Shown here piece after piece: positions 32,658-45,360 of a stretch of 64,000 nt of DNA; the first letter of the stretch is position 1; the number at the start of each line of letters is the position of its first letter. Made by a program: the position numbers and the translations under genes. This stretch comes from Callorhinchus milii (taxonomy: Eukaryota). The notes beneath the pieces are model-generated. The model made no database searches and had not been told where the DNA came from. It saw only the letters and a program-made list of their open reading frames with translations. The stretch spans positions 32,240,001 to 32,304,000 of the forward strand of contig NW_024704745.1 of assembly GCF_018977255.1 (NCBI RefSeq), read 5' to 3'.

Positions 32658-35600
32658 TGTCATTGTTTTTCAAAAGTATATTTATAGCATAAGTTACAAG
32701 TGATATTTTTAGAAAGGAAATATCAAAAAGATCACATCAGTGAATATATAACAACTTGCATTTATATAGCACTTTCACCCAGAGTAATGTCTCAGAGCTC
32801 TATCACACAGAGAGAGCAGAATACCCACCACTGCGGGGTCTAACATGTGCTGGGTTAACAAGCCATTTGTAAAAATGTGTTGCTTTGGTTAACTGTGTGC
32901 CTTCAATTATGTAATTAGCAAACAAGTATTAGAGAATCATTTGTGATAATTAAAGGCACTTGTAATTCTCATGCATTTGCACATAGTTAGCACAGGTCCC
33001 AATGTTGTACATTGCCTAACCTGCAAGTGTTTTGCACTTTCCTGAAGGCAGCAATCTTTGGTGTAGTCTGTTTGGCCTGACCACACTCAGACTGGCAGCT
33101 CAAGTGAGATAGCAGGAGAATTATGACAAAAAACTGACTGGAAAAACTTAAGAGAGAATCAATGGCATACCTAGGAATGGAAAATTTGGTCATTGCTAAA
33201 TTTCCATTCTTAGCTATGCCGCAGATCTTGGTTATTCTGTCACAAAACAAACCTTGTGTACTGCAGATTACCACCAAGTTCTGAAGGTTTAAGTTGGCTA
33301 AACTGTGCATTCCACTGCTCAGCACTGTTCACATATTTTACTCACAGGTAACAAGGTAGACACACATAGCAATATTGAATTATATTGATTAGGAATAAAC
33401 ACTTAAACACCTGAAGGCTGTTAAGCTTGTTCACTAAGTCACAGGAAAGCTACTATGATATTGTTGAGATTTATTTCACTGCAGAGTCATACAAAGGTTC
33501 TTGATAGTCCCAGTGATGTGATCTACAATTTCAGCTTGGTGCATTAGTTGGACTCAACACATTTAACTTGCAATGATTACAGTGTAACTTGTCCTTGTGG
33601 TCAACTTGATTAAGCAGCCAATTTGTCTTCAAATCAACAGATGTCTACTTCAATTAAACAGAACCAGCACTACGGTTAAGCAGCCACCTGCCAATATGGC
33701 CACCATCATTGGCTCAGAACATCTTCTTAGCAACAATATTGAAACGTAGCAGCAAGTCACAGTCAAGGTTGGTGCCTCTTTGGCTGAGCTGGAGACAGAA
33801 CATCACTGCATTATTCAGGTGGATGATTTCAGATCACATGGCACACTATTCAAAAAGAGAAGGGTGTTTCTCCTGGGGTCCTAGCCAATGATCCCCCAAA
33901 CCATGTTCAATTCATGGCTGTTGATGTCAAATTGATTGACGTGTTCACCCGCAAATTACACAGTCACTAGACTACATGTTAACCACTTAAAGATATTATG
34001 ATACATAATCTAATAAGACAATATTAAATGTGAAGATTATTATTGAACATTTTAGGCCATGGGCATCAATTTAGGGATCAGATAATAACAGTGAAAGGCT
34101 AGATCCTTCCTGCTGAAATATTAAATAGAACTATCATAAGAAAATCAACACTTCAGCGATCTGAGACGCTATCCCACGTGAAAGGTGCTATATATATCCA
34201 GGTTGTTGTTGAAATGAACATTAGTTTTGAAGAAGGTTGGTATACTCTCCACTAGAAATAATAGGGTTGAGCACCAAACACGCTTGCTAAATACGGTATA
34301 GGTCTGTGTGCAGCAAATGGCATCTTATGTTCTTGAATTTGAATCTAATAACATCCATGGTCACCAGCTGAGTTATTTCACTGATTTATTTCTTACCCTC
34401 TTTGCTCATCAAGGTGAGAGATGAAGGATGCTTACATTTTCTGCTTTCTCTCCAGTGATAGAACTGAAGCAGTGAGGCAGGTTATTACCAGGTCTGAGAA
34501 ATCTGTCAAAAATGTCACTAAAATCTGAAGGCAATTTTTTGTGAAATCTAGTAAGCCTGCAGGTCTTTCCACCCATATTCATTATCAATAAGAAGCTGCT
34601 AAACATTCAATTTTATTTACAAAGGTGTTCACAATGCAGCCATCTGGAGCTTCTATGAAACAACAACAATTTCAAAAGGCACTGAATTGACCCACTTTCT
34701 ATCAATTGTCTATTGACCAAGCTACAGGGTTGTATCCACTCTCACTGTGTAACACAGTAACAAAATATAGTTAAAATCAAACAAATTACTCATCATCCTT
34801 TTGGTTATTTGAATGTAAGCCACATTTCATTTTATTGTTTTTCTGCATTTGTTGAATTAAAAAAAATATATGTTGAATTTGTTCTAGGATGTGTTTTTGT
34901 CCTAATAGTTCCCTGTCTATTTGCTCTCTCACCGCTGTACAACACAAGGAACCAGGCTGCAGTACCCACCATCCATTTGTGTGCACTGTAAAAGTTAATA
35001 TATTCAAATTGGAACCATCTTTAGAGTCTTTAACCACGTATGTAATATGTTGTAATTCAATATTTCATTTGTTCTGTGATGTATTTTGTGCTAATAGAGC
35101 CAAATAAACCAGATTTAATGAGGAAGTGATTGAATAAAAGAAACTGCAATACTTATATTTGAATGCAGCCTCCAGTAACAGAAAGGGGGTGAAAAAAGAA
35201 CAATAACTGAGCATTCACAAACATGCAAACTTCATGGTAAAGAGACCTACTTACTTACTCCAGGCTTGCATTTCAGTATACATGGGATGAGCTTGTAATC
35301 AATTTCTGAAATCTTATTTCATCCAATTTCTTTTGCTTTTACATTTATTTTAAAGCTTTGGATTAGGAAGATTCCAGAGATAAAGAAAACAATCAATTTC
35401 CGTGCGATTTATGGGGAGGAAAATGGGCAGCTGGATTTTTTTTNACAATTGGCCCTAGGTATCACAGAGGTCAAATGCAATGTACACTGTCGTTTATTGT
35501 CATTTAACATGATATGCATTCCCTGTGCTCTTTTATCCTCATTGCTACACAGAGCAACAAACGTGCAACTTAATCCAACAAAGTCAGGACACTTCCTATC

Positions 35601-35729
35601 GGCTGCCTCATGTCAATATTGAACTGCATTAAAGTAATTAAATCTACAGAATTCAGAACCGTAAATGGGTATCTGGAAGAGGGAGGCAGATGGGAAAAAT
35701 TGAAAGATTGTCATTCCCCTCTATGGTGC

Positions 35730-36510
35730 CATCTTAGTTCAGTTGGTGGCAGAATGTTGTAGGTTTAAGGCCCGATTTAAGTCTTGAGCTCCTCATCTAG
35801 GCAAATATTCCAATAACGTACAAGAAGAGTGCTATATTGTCGAAATGGCCAGATGAGGCATTAAAGCAAGGTTTCATCTGCTTGGGTTTTTTTTTGACCA
35901 TCATTGGTGGTCAGGCTTTCAGCCTTTCTGCCCCTGCCCTTTGGAACTCCATCACACAGTCCCTTCGTCTCGTCCTCTCCTTTGCCTCCTTCAAGGCCCT
36001 TCTCAAGACCTTCCTCTTCAACCATGCCTTCGGTCGCCCTGCTACCCCCACTCGCCCTGCTACCACCACCCACCCTGCTACCCCACCCGTCCTGCTACAC
36101 ACACCCGCCCTGCTCTCCATCCCTGATCCTAACTTGGGTGCAAATCCTCGACTGTCCAGCGCCTTGGAACATCTTCCCGACTTGAAAGGTGCTATACAAA
36201 TGTAATTTTTTGTTGTTGTTCTTCAAATGGACATTGAAGGTGCCTTAACATTATTTGACAAGCCAAGCATTTCCATGATTTGCATTCTCTGCTCTTTTAT
36301 CTTCAAGTGTCACCCAGAGAAGAAGCTTGCAATATATTGCAGCAAAACTATTGCAACTAAATTCCTGGCATCCTAGCAAACAATTCTCTGGATACATTGG
36401 TCACCTTAAAGGCTGTTTATGAGGCCGTGTTATATGCAAAGCGTGCCTTATTGTCAACAAGTGGTTTGAGATGTTCCAATGTAATAAAGCTGTAAAAATA
36501 TGTTTCTTTA
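35730..36510 (+). mobile_element. Degraded SacSINE1-like element interrupted by an L2 (host pieces about 35730-35886 and 36220-36510)
   Basis: CAGATGAGGCATTAAAGCAAGGTTTCATCTGC lies before the L2 and TTCAAATGGACATTGAAGGTGCC...CATTATTTGA resumes after it. Confidence 0.6.
35897..36220 (+). mobile_element. L2 LINE 3' fragment
   Basis: Encodes TIIGGQAFSLSAPALWNSITQSLRL...SFKALLKTFLF; tail CCGACTTGAAAGGTGCTATACAAATGTAATTTTTT(GTT)3. Confidence 0.92.
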
Positions 36511-37974
36511 TCTGAAGTGAACTACATCTACATTCCAAGGTAAAAGATGCCAACCTGGATCCTTTTCCCACACCTGAAGCATAATGTCAGAGAAAGAAAA
36601 CTTTAGACAACTGAACTGAATAGCCAATTGAATGTAACAGATATTGTTTGGTTTGATTGATTAAAAGACAATTTCTCTCTTTATTGACTTACAGAGAACT
36701 GGACTTTTAGACTACACGAATCAAGGCCCCCATACATCACTGTCATTCACTGATCCCAACCTTGTCATCATGGTCATGGTATGGAAATAAATCAGTCAAA
36801 CATATTGACAGCAACATAGAAGAAAACAGCATCATCTTTATTTATAGGTGTATAACGGTTGCTTTCATATTAACATTCAAACTAATTTAGAATTAAGATT
36901 TTTGGAGAGAATGCTTAAAAGAGAGTGTGTGTGCCTGTGCAAATACAGGTTTGTGTAAAGGAGTCACCAGCAATTGTCAACACTGGTAGAGTCATCAACA
37001 ATCTCCCAATATCAATAATGTAAAATAAACATTTTCATTTACAATCTATACCACAATTAGCAGAGCCCTGTTTTAAGCATAGGCAAAATGAATAGACAAA
37101 GCTGGATGGTCTCCACTTACCTGCACCCTGACCTTCATCTTCTCCCCAATTTTTGAAGGCTGCCCTCGGAATAGCATCAAGCAGGATATGTCTATATCTC
37201 TTTCTCTCTCATATATGTGTATTAAATGTGTATATTATTTTTCACACAAAAATCTTCAAGGTTATATACCCTATACGTTCAATAAAATATTGTGTGCCAT
37301 TCCCTTGAAGTCATGCTCATTCACATATCTATAAAGCACGCTTCAAGTATGTTGTTTTTAAAATGATATACTGGAATTTGCTTTAATTGACACTAATAGT
37401 CAATTACCAGTTAATTCAATGTCTCTTTGATGACAAGTTTTTGCGTAAATGCTTCTTTGCAATGCAGATGAGGTCATGCATATTTTACGATACAAACAGC
37501 ATACCTATAAACAGAGTTACATTAACTTGCCTTATTTGACTTGCTCTGACTATTGTCATTATTAATTACTCATTAATGATTAAACAATAATTTCCCATAC
37601 TCTTAAGATGTCCACAGAGAAGGGTGCAAAGCTTGACTTGTCTGTGAACACACTTATAATTTTTAGCAAGTATATCTGCCCAAATCCCTGTTGGCGTTGC
37701 AGTTTTAATGAAAGTAATGCTTAAAGGGAATGTTCCATAACCAAACATTGTGCTCAATCATTTCCAAACTCAGCTCTTTATTGTTGCTCAACACTAGACT
37801 TGCAGACAAACACAGAATGTCTATAAATTTGGTAACTTGATGAATGCAACTATATAGGACATAAATTGCACAAACAAAAGGTATTTAGTGTTATTAGCAT
37901 GGGTACAAATTTAAATGAATGGAAATAAAGCTCCTTTCACATGCCTTGCTACCCAATGTTTAATTGAGACGTAT

Positions 37975-38030
37975 AGGAGTAAGGAAACTTGCCCAATGTT
38001 TTGTCCTGCCGAGGAATCAAACCTCTCGCT
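37975..38030 (-). mobile_element. Young SINE head fragment
   Basis: GGAGTAAGGAAACTTGCCCAATGTTTTGTCCTGCCG...CTCTCGCTT. Confidence 0.7.
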
Positions 38031-39109
38031 TTTGACCGTGGTTTCTCACATATATTTCCTCACACATACATCTTCAGTAAAATGAATAATTTTAAATCAC
38101 ATGCGAGAACCTCTCAGACCTAACCCACCAAAGTAAACCATAGTCTTCACCATACATGCGATTCAACAAACTATTGGGTTATTTCCATCTATATGCATTG
38201 CTTTACTAATCTCAATAAAGTACATCCAATAAGGGACAAGAAAGGATGTTATCAGTAGGTGTTTCAATCGAGGTTGCAGGGGTGATCCAATAATCAGGAT
38301 TATTGTGGTCTTATCAATTAGACAGATGTCTCATTCTTTCTTTGTTGTGTAAGATCAAGGAGATTCAAGGCTGTTTTAGTCTTTACATATTTTGATAAGT
38401 TATAAAATGAATAGCCATTAGCATTGAATGAGTTGTCTGAGTTAAGCGGAGTGCCACTGAGGGGGATAATTATTCAAAACAACTCACCAATTCACGCAGG
38501 CAGACATGTTATTGTTCATGTAAAGATATTTACAGCAAAACCCCACAAGACTTGAAAATCTTGTTAAACATCAATCTCAGGATGCTGCATCAAAGAGAAA
38601 GTTTTCATGCTACAGATACTGTATCTTACAATAGTACAAAGAAATAACAAAATAATCCTTGCATTTAATAATCCTTGCCTTATCACATCGGAAGGACATC
38701 TCCAAGCGCTTCACAGGATTTACTGGAATTTCGGTTTGATAGTATAATACATGGCATTATTTTGAATAAATCTGAAAATACATTTGTTATTTTGTTTTAA
38801 TCTGATAACTTTGTCTCTGTGCAGAGCAAACAGCAATCTCTTCAAAGAGAGTTTGGTCGAGTGACCAAGGACCATAAATATAGGTTCTCAAGTCACAGGT
38901 GGCAGATATGTCACTTGTGGGAACTGTTGATGAGGCCATTGCACATGGTAGTATTTGAGCAAAACCTGAAAATTTGTGCAGCTGCTTAGTACATAAAGAT
39001 TGATCAATTATACAGTCAACTAATTATTTCGTTGATTGTTATTACATAACTTAGGGTACCTGTAATTCCTCTGTACAGATATGTCAACACATGGATGACA
39101 CATAGTGCA

Positions 39110-39270
39110 CAATAAATTGGTCACTCAATTCATGACTATTTGTGGGACACCACTGTGTGCAATTGGCTGCCGCGTTTCGTCCACAAAATATACAGTCAAT
39201 TAACTTTACAGAATATTCTGTGAAGCGCTTTGAGACATATCAAAGATGAGATAAGGCGCCATATCAAATT
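39110..39270 (+). mobile_element. DeuSINE 3' half
   Basis: GACTATTTGTGGGACACCACTGTGTGCAATTGGCTGCCGCGTTTCG...TGAAGCGCTTTGAGAC. Confidence 0.88.
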
Positions 39271-39938
39271 ATTGATATTGCACAATACCTGCATTAACAC
39301 AAGGTGTTTACATATAGGCTCTAAGTACAGTGATCACAGTGTTAACAGAACAGTCAAACTAAATGGATCGTCATTTGACATGAAAACACAAAGAAGGTAA
39401 CTTAATAATAATAATAATCCTTGCATTTCTTAGCCATCTATAATCTATATTCCAAATGTACTTCCAAATGTTGATAACATCTGTTCAATTTTAAGATAGG
39501 GTTACTAAGGATGATTTTTATAATGTCAATTGATAGATTTGGATAGTACATATTAGAAGAAAAATTATCTTATGATGTCACTAACCATATTATCTGATTG
39601 ATCTTGGAACTCATCATAACATATCTTAAAGCATTCCATTTATCAGTAATTAAATCTACCTAATCTTTAAAATGTTACAGCAGTCTTAGAAAGTTTTCTT
39701 AGAAAATTGGCTGGAATTTTATGAATTTATTCTCCTTTGGTCCATTTAACTGAGACAGGAGACACAGGTCTCAACAGTAGATGACAAGCTCCACAATCCA
39801 TGGTCATTGATAGCTTAGGTATGTTAAGAACACAAGAGGCATAAAATAAGATACAATTGGGTCAATTAATCCCATTCCTTTGACATGCTATGGTGTCTCC
39901 AGATTTTATCCAAACTCACTGCACATCCTGAGGAAATT

Positions 39939-40068
39939 TCGCCCACAAATATACAGTCAATTCACTTTACAGCATATTCTGTGAAGCGCTTTGAGACGTC
40001 TAGAAGACGTGAAAAGCGCTATATCAAATGCAAGGATTATTATTATTATTTATTATTATTATATTATA
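39939..40068 (+). mobile_element. Young SINE 3' fragment
   Basis: TCGCCCACAAATATACAGTCAATTCACTTTACAG...AAAAGCGCTATATCAAATGCAAGGAT(TAT)n. Confidence 0.92.
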
Positions 40069-41220
40069 AATATTTTTCCCTACCCCAAAGGTAAACCCAA
40101 CGATAATCCAGAATATTTATCTGCAGAATCTAATTATGTATCAAACAATATTCATCCTCATCTCATTACCTTGGCATATTTATGGTTCCTGCAATGCTAC
40201 GTCATGGTACATAAGGATTGTTCAGTTTAGATTTAAAAAATTAAGAATACAGTAGAACGTTTTATTGAACCACATTAATGGGGACTAACCTACATGTAGT
40301 TGTAGAACAAAGGTTATCTCCTCAAATAATGTTCTGTTCTAATGCATATACAGATTAACCGTTTTTAGTGATGCTTTACATTATATGTGCCAAGAATGGG
40401 AGGATTTGTGTATCACAAATTACACACTAGTATTCAAATCATACGATAAAGAAAATGTATCAAAATTGTTCAGATAGATCTAGAATATCATTAACTCACA
40501 GTAAATAAGTGGCAACATTAGGATTTAAATTTGTTGTTGGTCCCTGACACACTATTCATAAGTTGATGACTACTCAGAATGTTGTAGTGTTAATTCTCTT
40601 CATTGACTAAAGAACGAAAATACCATTGTAGAAATACAGTCACAGGAGGAATTTCACCTGGGTATAGATTTCTTCTATTAATGTAACATTTTAGAGCTTC
40701 AGAATTTGGCAAACTTTTAAATACAGACTTCATTTTGAAGTATTTTTTTCCGCAAAGTATTTTAAGAACTACAGAACTACTACTGATTTCAAAGTTTAGG
40801 CTGAATTCAACAATTTGTCAAATTCTGGATGTTACATAAAGTAAATCGAGACACGGGTGGAATTTCTCTCCTAAAGAATGCCAGAAGCCTTCTTAGTCAT
40901 TGAAAAATTATGATAGGTCACACTGTTCAGCAATGCTTCATAGAAATTACTATATTCAACTCAAGGAAACATTTTATTCAAACACCATAACTAATATTTG
41001 GAATATTTGGCATTAGTTCAAAGGATTTGATTTAACCTAAACACAGTATTAATTTATGTATGTACAATATGTTTGAGGTAAAATACATTTGCAAAATATA
41101 ATTAGATATGAACGTGAATGTTATATGGGTAACAGTGGTAGCCAAACTGTCCCATAAAAATGCAATAGGTTTAATTTAAGACAATTAATTTCAATTTGTG
41201 GTAAATTTGGATGAGGAGGG

Positions 41221-41521
41221 AATAATAATAATCTTTGCATTTGATACAGCACTTTTCACATCTTCTAGATGTTTCAAAGAGCTTCACAGAATCGACTGTA
41301 AAGTGAATTGACTGTATATTTGTGGGCAAAATGCAGCAGCCAATTGTGCACAGCAGTGTCCCACAAGCAATCGTAGATTAAAATTAATCATTTATTATTG
41401 TTTTTTTTGATGGAGCATTATCAGGCATGTGGAGTAAGGAAACTTGCCCAAGGTGCCGGGAATCGAACCCAGGTCTCTCGCTTGCAAACCGAGTGCTCTA
41501 ACCACTGAGCTACAGGACTCC
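41221..41521 (-). mobile_element. Young DeuSINE, full-length short form
   Basis: Reverse tail, Deu segment and AACCACTGAGCTACAGGACTCC head. Confidence 0.92.
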
Positions 41522-41831
41522 ACTGTAGAATATAAGATAAGATGATATTACTTAGAATTACATAGAACATTATGAGTGTCGATGATTTTATTGCCTATTG
41601 TGGAACAAGGGAGAGATTCATATTTGGCATATAGATTTGTGCAGTAAAAGATGCAGAAAAAGATACCTGATGAAATGCCACAAAATAATATAGATCATAG
41701 ACTGCAGAATGGTGCACATTATTCAGCTCATGTCTACACTAGCAGTTTTCTCCACCTAAAACACTAATCTAATCCCACTCTGTTCACTCCCCAAATCCAT
41801 TCATAATCAGCAATCTAATTCCCTTTTTAAA

Positions 41832-42161
41832 AATAATAATAATAATAATAATATTCCTTGCATTTGATATAGCGCTTTTCACGTCGGGAGGACATCCCAA
41901 AGCGCTTCACAGAACACACTGTAAAGTGAATTGACTGTATATTTGTGGGCGAACGCGGCAGCCAATTGCGCAGAGCAATGTCCCACAAACAGTCGTAGAT
42001 TGAAAATGACCAATTTATTATTGTTTTGGGTTTTGGAGGGATTATTATTAGGCTCTGTGTGGAGTAAGGAAACTTGCCCAAGGTTTCGCCCTCTGCCTGG
42101 AATTGAACTCAGGTCTCTCGCTTGCAAAGCGAGTGCTCTAACCACTGAGCTACAGGACTCC
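41832..42161 (-). mobile_element. Young DeuSINE, full-length short form, very little diverged
   Basis: Nearly the exact reverse complement of 47778-48093. Confidence 0.95.
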
Positions 42162-43251
42162 AATATATGGACTCATTCAACATGGGGGTGTAACTGTTAG
42201 CCAAACACCAGTCTGGGCTGTTCCAGCTGGAAAGCTGCATGGTGAGATGACACCTTTTGTTGGTGAAAATATATATTTATTTTTAAATATAATATTTAGC
42301 AGAACAGAAATCCCAAACAAACACAAAATCTTCTGTTACAATTTTTGCCTTCCTCTTGATTCAAAAAAATTCCATTGTTTACAGTACATTCCTTCACCAC
42401 ACATAGATTGAGATGACACCTCCTCTTTGAAATGAACAACATAGGAAGTTAATAACAGGAATAGGCTATTCAGCCCCTCAAGTGTCTGCACAAATACTTT
42501 ACACTTGTTGGGCATTCCAACACACTGCTGTGACAACTGTAGTCCAATCATTACCAAAAGCAAACCTCAACAATGTTTAAAATACACCACCTGCTTAGTC
42601 ACAGAAAATTCTAAGTTAACTTCACTAAAGTTGGAAAAAAGTAAAAGCTGAGATTTGCATTGAAGATCACAGACTCAAGGTGTAAAGAGTCTGGTTTGAA
42701 TAAGAGATACAAAGGGGTTTAAGTGAAAACGTTCCGATTGCATTAAAGATGATGTCTGTACAATAACATGAGCCATGGCTGCTCTATATTGATCTTAAAA
42801 TGATTTATGATTTTAAGATGTGAAAACAACAAGAAAAACTAGTGAGTGTTTGACAGATTCTGGTGAGATACTGATTACATTCCACTAGTCCATTGGATAT
42901 TGCTCATAAGGTGTATAATAAAAATAAAGTGACAACTGTTTTGGCAGGAAAAAATATTACACACATAACAATACAGCACATATGTGCAAGTGCTCAGTGG
43001 AACAGCTGCTTGTGCTACTTATCCCAGTCTTTGCCCTTGAAGTTAGGTCAGGTCAGTTTAAGGCTGAGAAAAGAAAATGTTTTTTTTACTCACTGAGAGG
43101 CCATTCATTTCCATTTCTCCTCTTACCATTATTTTGGATATTGCTCTCTGTAAAATTCCCCACCGTCACAGATGAGTTTGAGACTCAACATCAACTCAAC
43201 GTCAAAGCCTCTTGGTACAATTCTATTTCACAGTATAATGCTACATGGCAT

Positions 43252-43645
43252 CAACAACAACAATAACTTGCACTTATATAGCGTCCTCCAAGCAAGGTAT
43301 TGTCTTAGAGCGCTTAACAGTGGCGGAGCCTGACTCCGAGCCAAGGAGGAGGTGGGAGGTGGCCATAGGCACGGTCAAACAGGGACGTTTTCAGGTGGGA
43401 CTTGAAAGTGGGGAGAGGGGGGGCAAGGCGAAAGGATTGAGGAAGTGTTCCAGAGTTTCGGAGCGTAGCGACTGAAAGCATGACCTCCGATGGTGGGGCG
43501 GAGGGTGTGAGGGACGAGCAGGAGGCCGGTTCAAGTCGAGCGGAGGCGCCGGGTGGTGGATTGGGGAGTGAGGAGGTCGGAGAGGTAGGGAGGTGCCAGG
43601 GAGTGAATAGATTGGAACGCGAGTGCGAGGATCTTGAAGTCAAAG
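43252..43645 (-). mobile_element. L2 LINE 3' fragment (different tail subfamily)
   Basis: Minus translation TLPQSFRLAPPLPTFKSHLKTSLFDRAY; tail CAACAACAATAACTTGCACTTATATAGCG. Similar short tails occur at about 32750-32830, 44617-44740 and 49561-49700. Confidence 0.88.
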
Positions 43646-43994
43646 TTGACACCACTGTGGCACCCTATACACATGCAATTAATTACGGCAGGTACAATGC
43701 TGAGCAGCATGGGGAATTTGTTTTTGCTCCGAGTATTGATTCCATAACCTGGAGAACTAGTCTAGACACTTAGTCAGACAAGGTGAGGGAAGATAATTAA
43801 TGGAATTTAATTTCGGAAATCACAAAATAATGTATAACCAGTGAACCACAGACATGTCAAGACTGACCTCTGGAACTCTCCTCAGACACTGATCTTGATG
43901 TAGTAAGGGACCAGGTAGGGTTCCTAGGAGTTGGCTGCGACACACAGAATTCACTAGTTTCAATTTTTTTTGTACTTCCTGTATTTCTTGCACA

Positions 43995-44466
43995 CAAACT
44001 ATACAGTCACTACACTTTACAATATATTCTGTGAAGCGCATCAAGACTTCTCAATGACGTGATAAGGCGCTATGGAGTCCTGTAGTTAGTGGTTAGAGGA
44101 CTAGCCTCGCAAGCGAGAGTCCTGGGTTGGATTCCCAGCAGGGCGAAACGTTGGGCAAGTTTCCTTATTCAACACGCATCTGTATACTTAGCAGTGAGCA
44201 GGAACCTAGTTGTCAGTCGATTGGTGGATCGCTTTACTGGGGGTAATAATTCCTTAAAAAAAATTGTTCACTCAATCCACGACTGTTTGTGGGATACTGC
44301 TGTGCGCAATTTGCTGCTGCGTTTCACCCAGAAAAATATACAGTCAATTCACTTTACACTATATTCTTCAAGACGCTTTTAGATGTCTCAAAGATGTGAT
44401 AGGGAGCTATATCAAATTCAAGGATTATCATTATTATTATATCAAATGCAAGGATTATTATTATTT
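43995..44466 (+). mobile_element. Older SINE tail (43995-44073, resuming about 44438-44466) with a long-form young DeuSINE nested at 44074-44437
   Basis: GATAAGGCGCTAT|GGAGTCCTGTAG...long-form segment...CAAGGATTATCATTATTAT|TATATCAAATGCAAGGATTATT. Confidence 0.88.
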
Positions 44467-45139
44467 TGAGCCAAATGTCAGCAGAGATGTAACTAACTCA
44501 GGGTGTTATACTGAAGAAAATATTACTTCTATTTTAACCCAGCATTTTGCTCTGGTGAATCAATAACTTCTCCAAGTCAATTCTACTGTCATAATCTCAT
44601 TGCAACTCATTGCTTAACAACAACTTGCATTTATATAGCACCCTTCAAGCGGGATAATGTCTTGGAGCACTACACAAGGTTCGGTGTGGCAAAGTTCGAC
44701 ACTGAACAAGGAAGAAGGGAGGGGGATGTGAAGCGCAAGTGAAAATATATATATATTTTAAAAAACACAGAAAAAACAAGAATATTAAAAATAATTAGAA
44801 TTTCTTGTGTTATTTTGGTTATGAACCTCCTGCATTTTCTGTATATCCAATAAAAGACCAGACCAAAAGTTGTCCCCAAATCTGTGACCACATCTCAGAA
44901 CAGCTGAGGAATCTAGAGGTCAGGTTCTTGCTGTCGTAGTACAGTATCATCCAAGTGTTGCTATTAATTCATATATAATACTTTCTCAGTGAGTTTGCTT
45001 TACATTTTGTACAATATAGAGGAAACCTAACACGATAAGATATGAAAAAATCTATCGTTTATAGTCTATAGACCCTTGTCTAGAAGTGACACTGCCCAAT
45101 ATATCAACATTTTAATTTAGAATCAATTCTATTCAATTA

Positions 45140-45233
45140 ACATAACATAACATGTAGGAACAGGAGTAGGCCATTCGGCCCTTCGAGCCTGCCCCGCCAT
45201 TCAATCATGGCTGATCTTCTAATCTAACTCCAG
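45140..45233 (-). mobile_element. CR1 3' UTR end
   Basis: Near-identical to 26286-26377 (CATGTAGGAACAGGAGTAGGCCATTCGGCCCTTCGAGCCTGCCCCGCCATTCAATC). A shorter relic lies at about 42438-42490. Confidence 0.88.
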
Positions 45234-45239
45234 CTAATA

Positions 45240-45360
45240 ACATAACTATATTATATTAATATTATATTAATATAGGATTTATAATATATTAATATAGGTT
45301 TTATAATAATTATATTAGATTCAATTAATTTATATTTAATTCAATTCATAATTTATTCCT
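45240..45360. repeat. AT-rich low-complexity tract
   Basis: TATTATATTAATATTATATTAATATAGG and similar runs. Confidence 0.85.

Noticed and set aside
35444-35444. Single N base
   Set aside because: Assembly ambiguity at the end of a T homopolymer, with no biological meaning.
38825-38950. Plus-strand exon SKQQSLQREFGRVTKDHKYRF...
   Set aside because: It looks like a decayed CR1 ORF2 end (TRGHKYK...RVV motif region) rather than a host exon.
41827-42200. Recurring ORFs MGKFPYSTQSLIII... / ...KRYIKCKDYYY as a gene family
   Set aside because: They are translations of the SINE consensus and recur wherever the SINE does.
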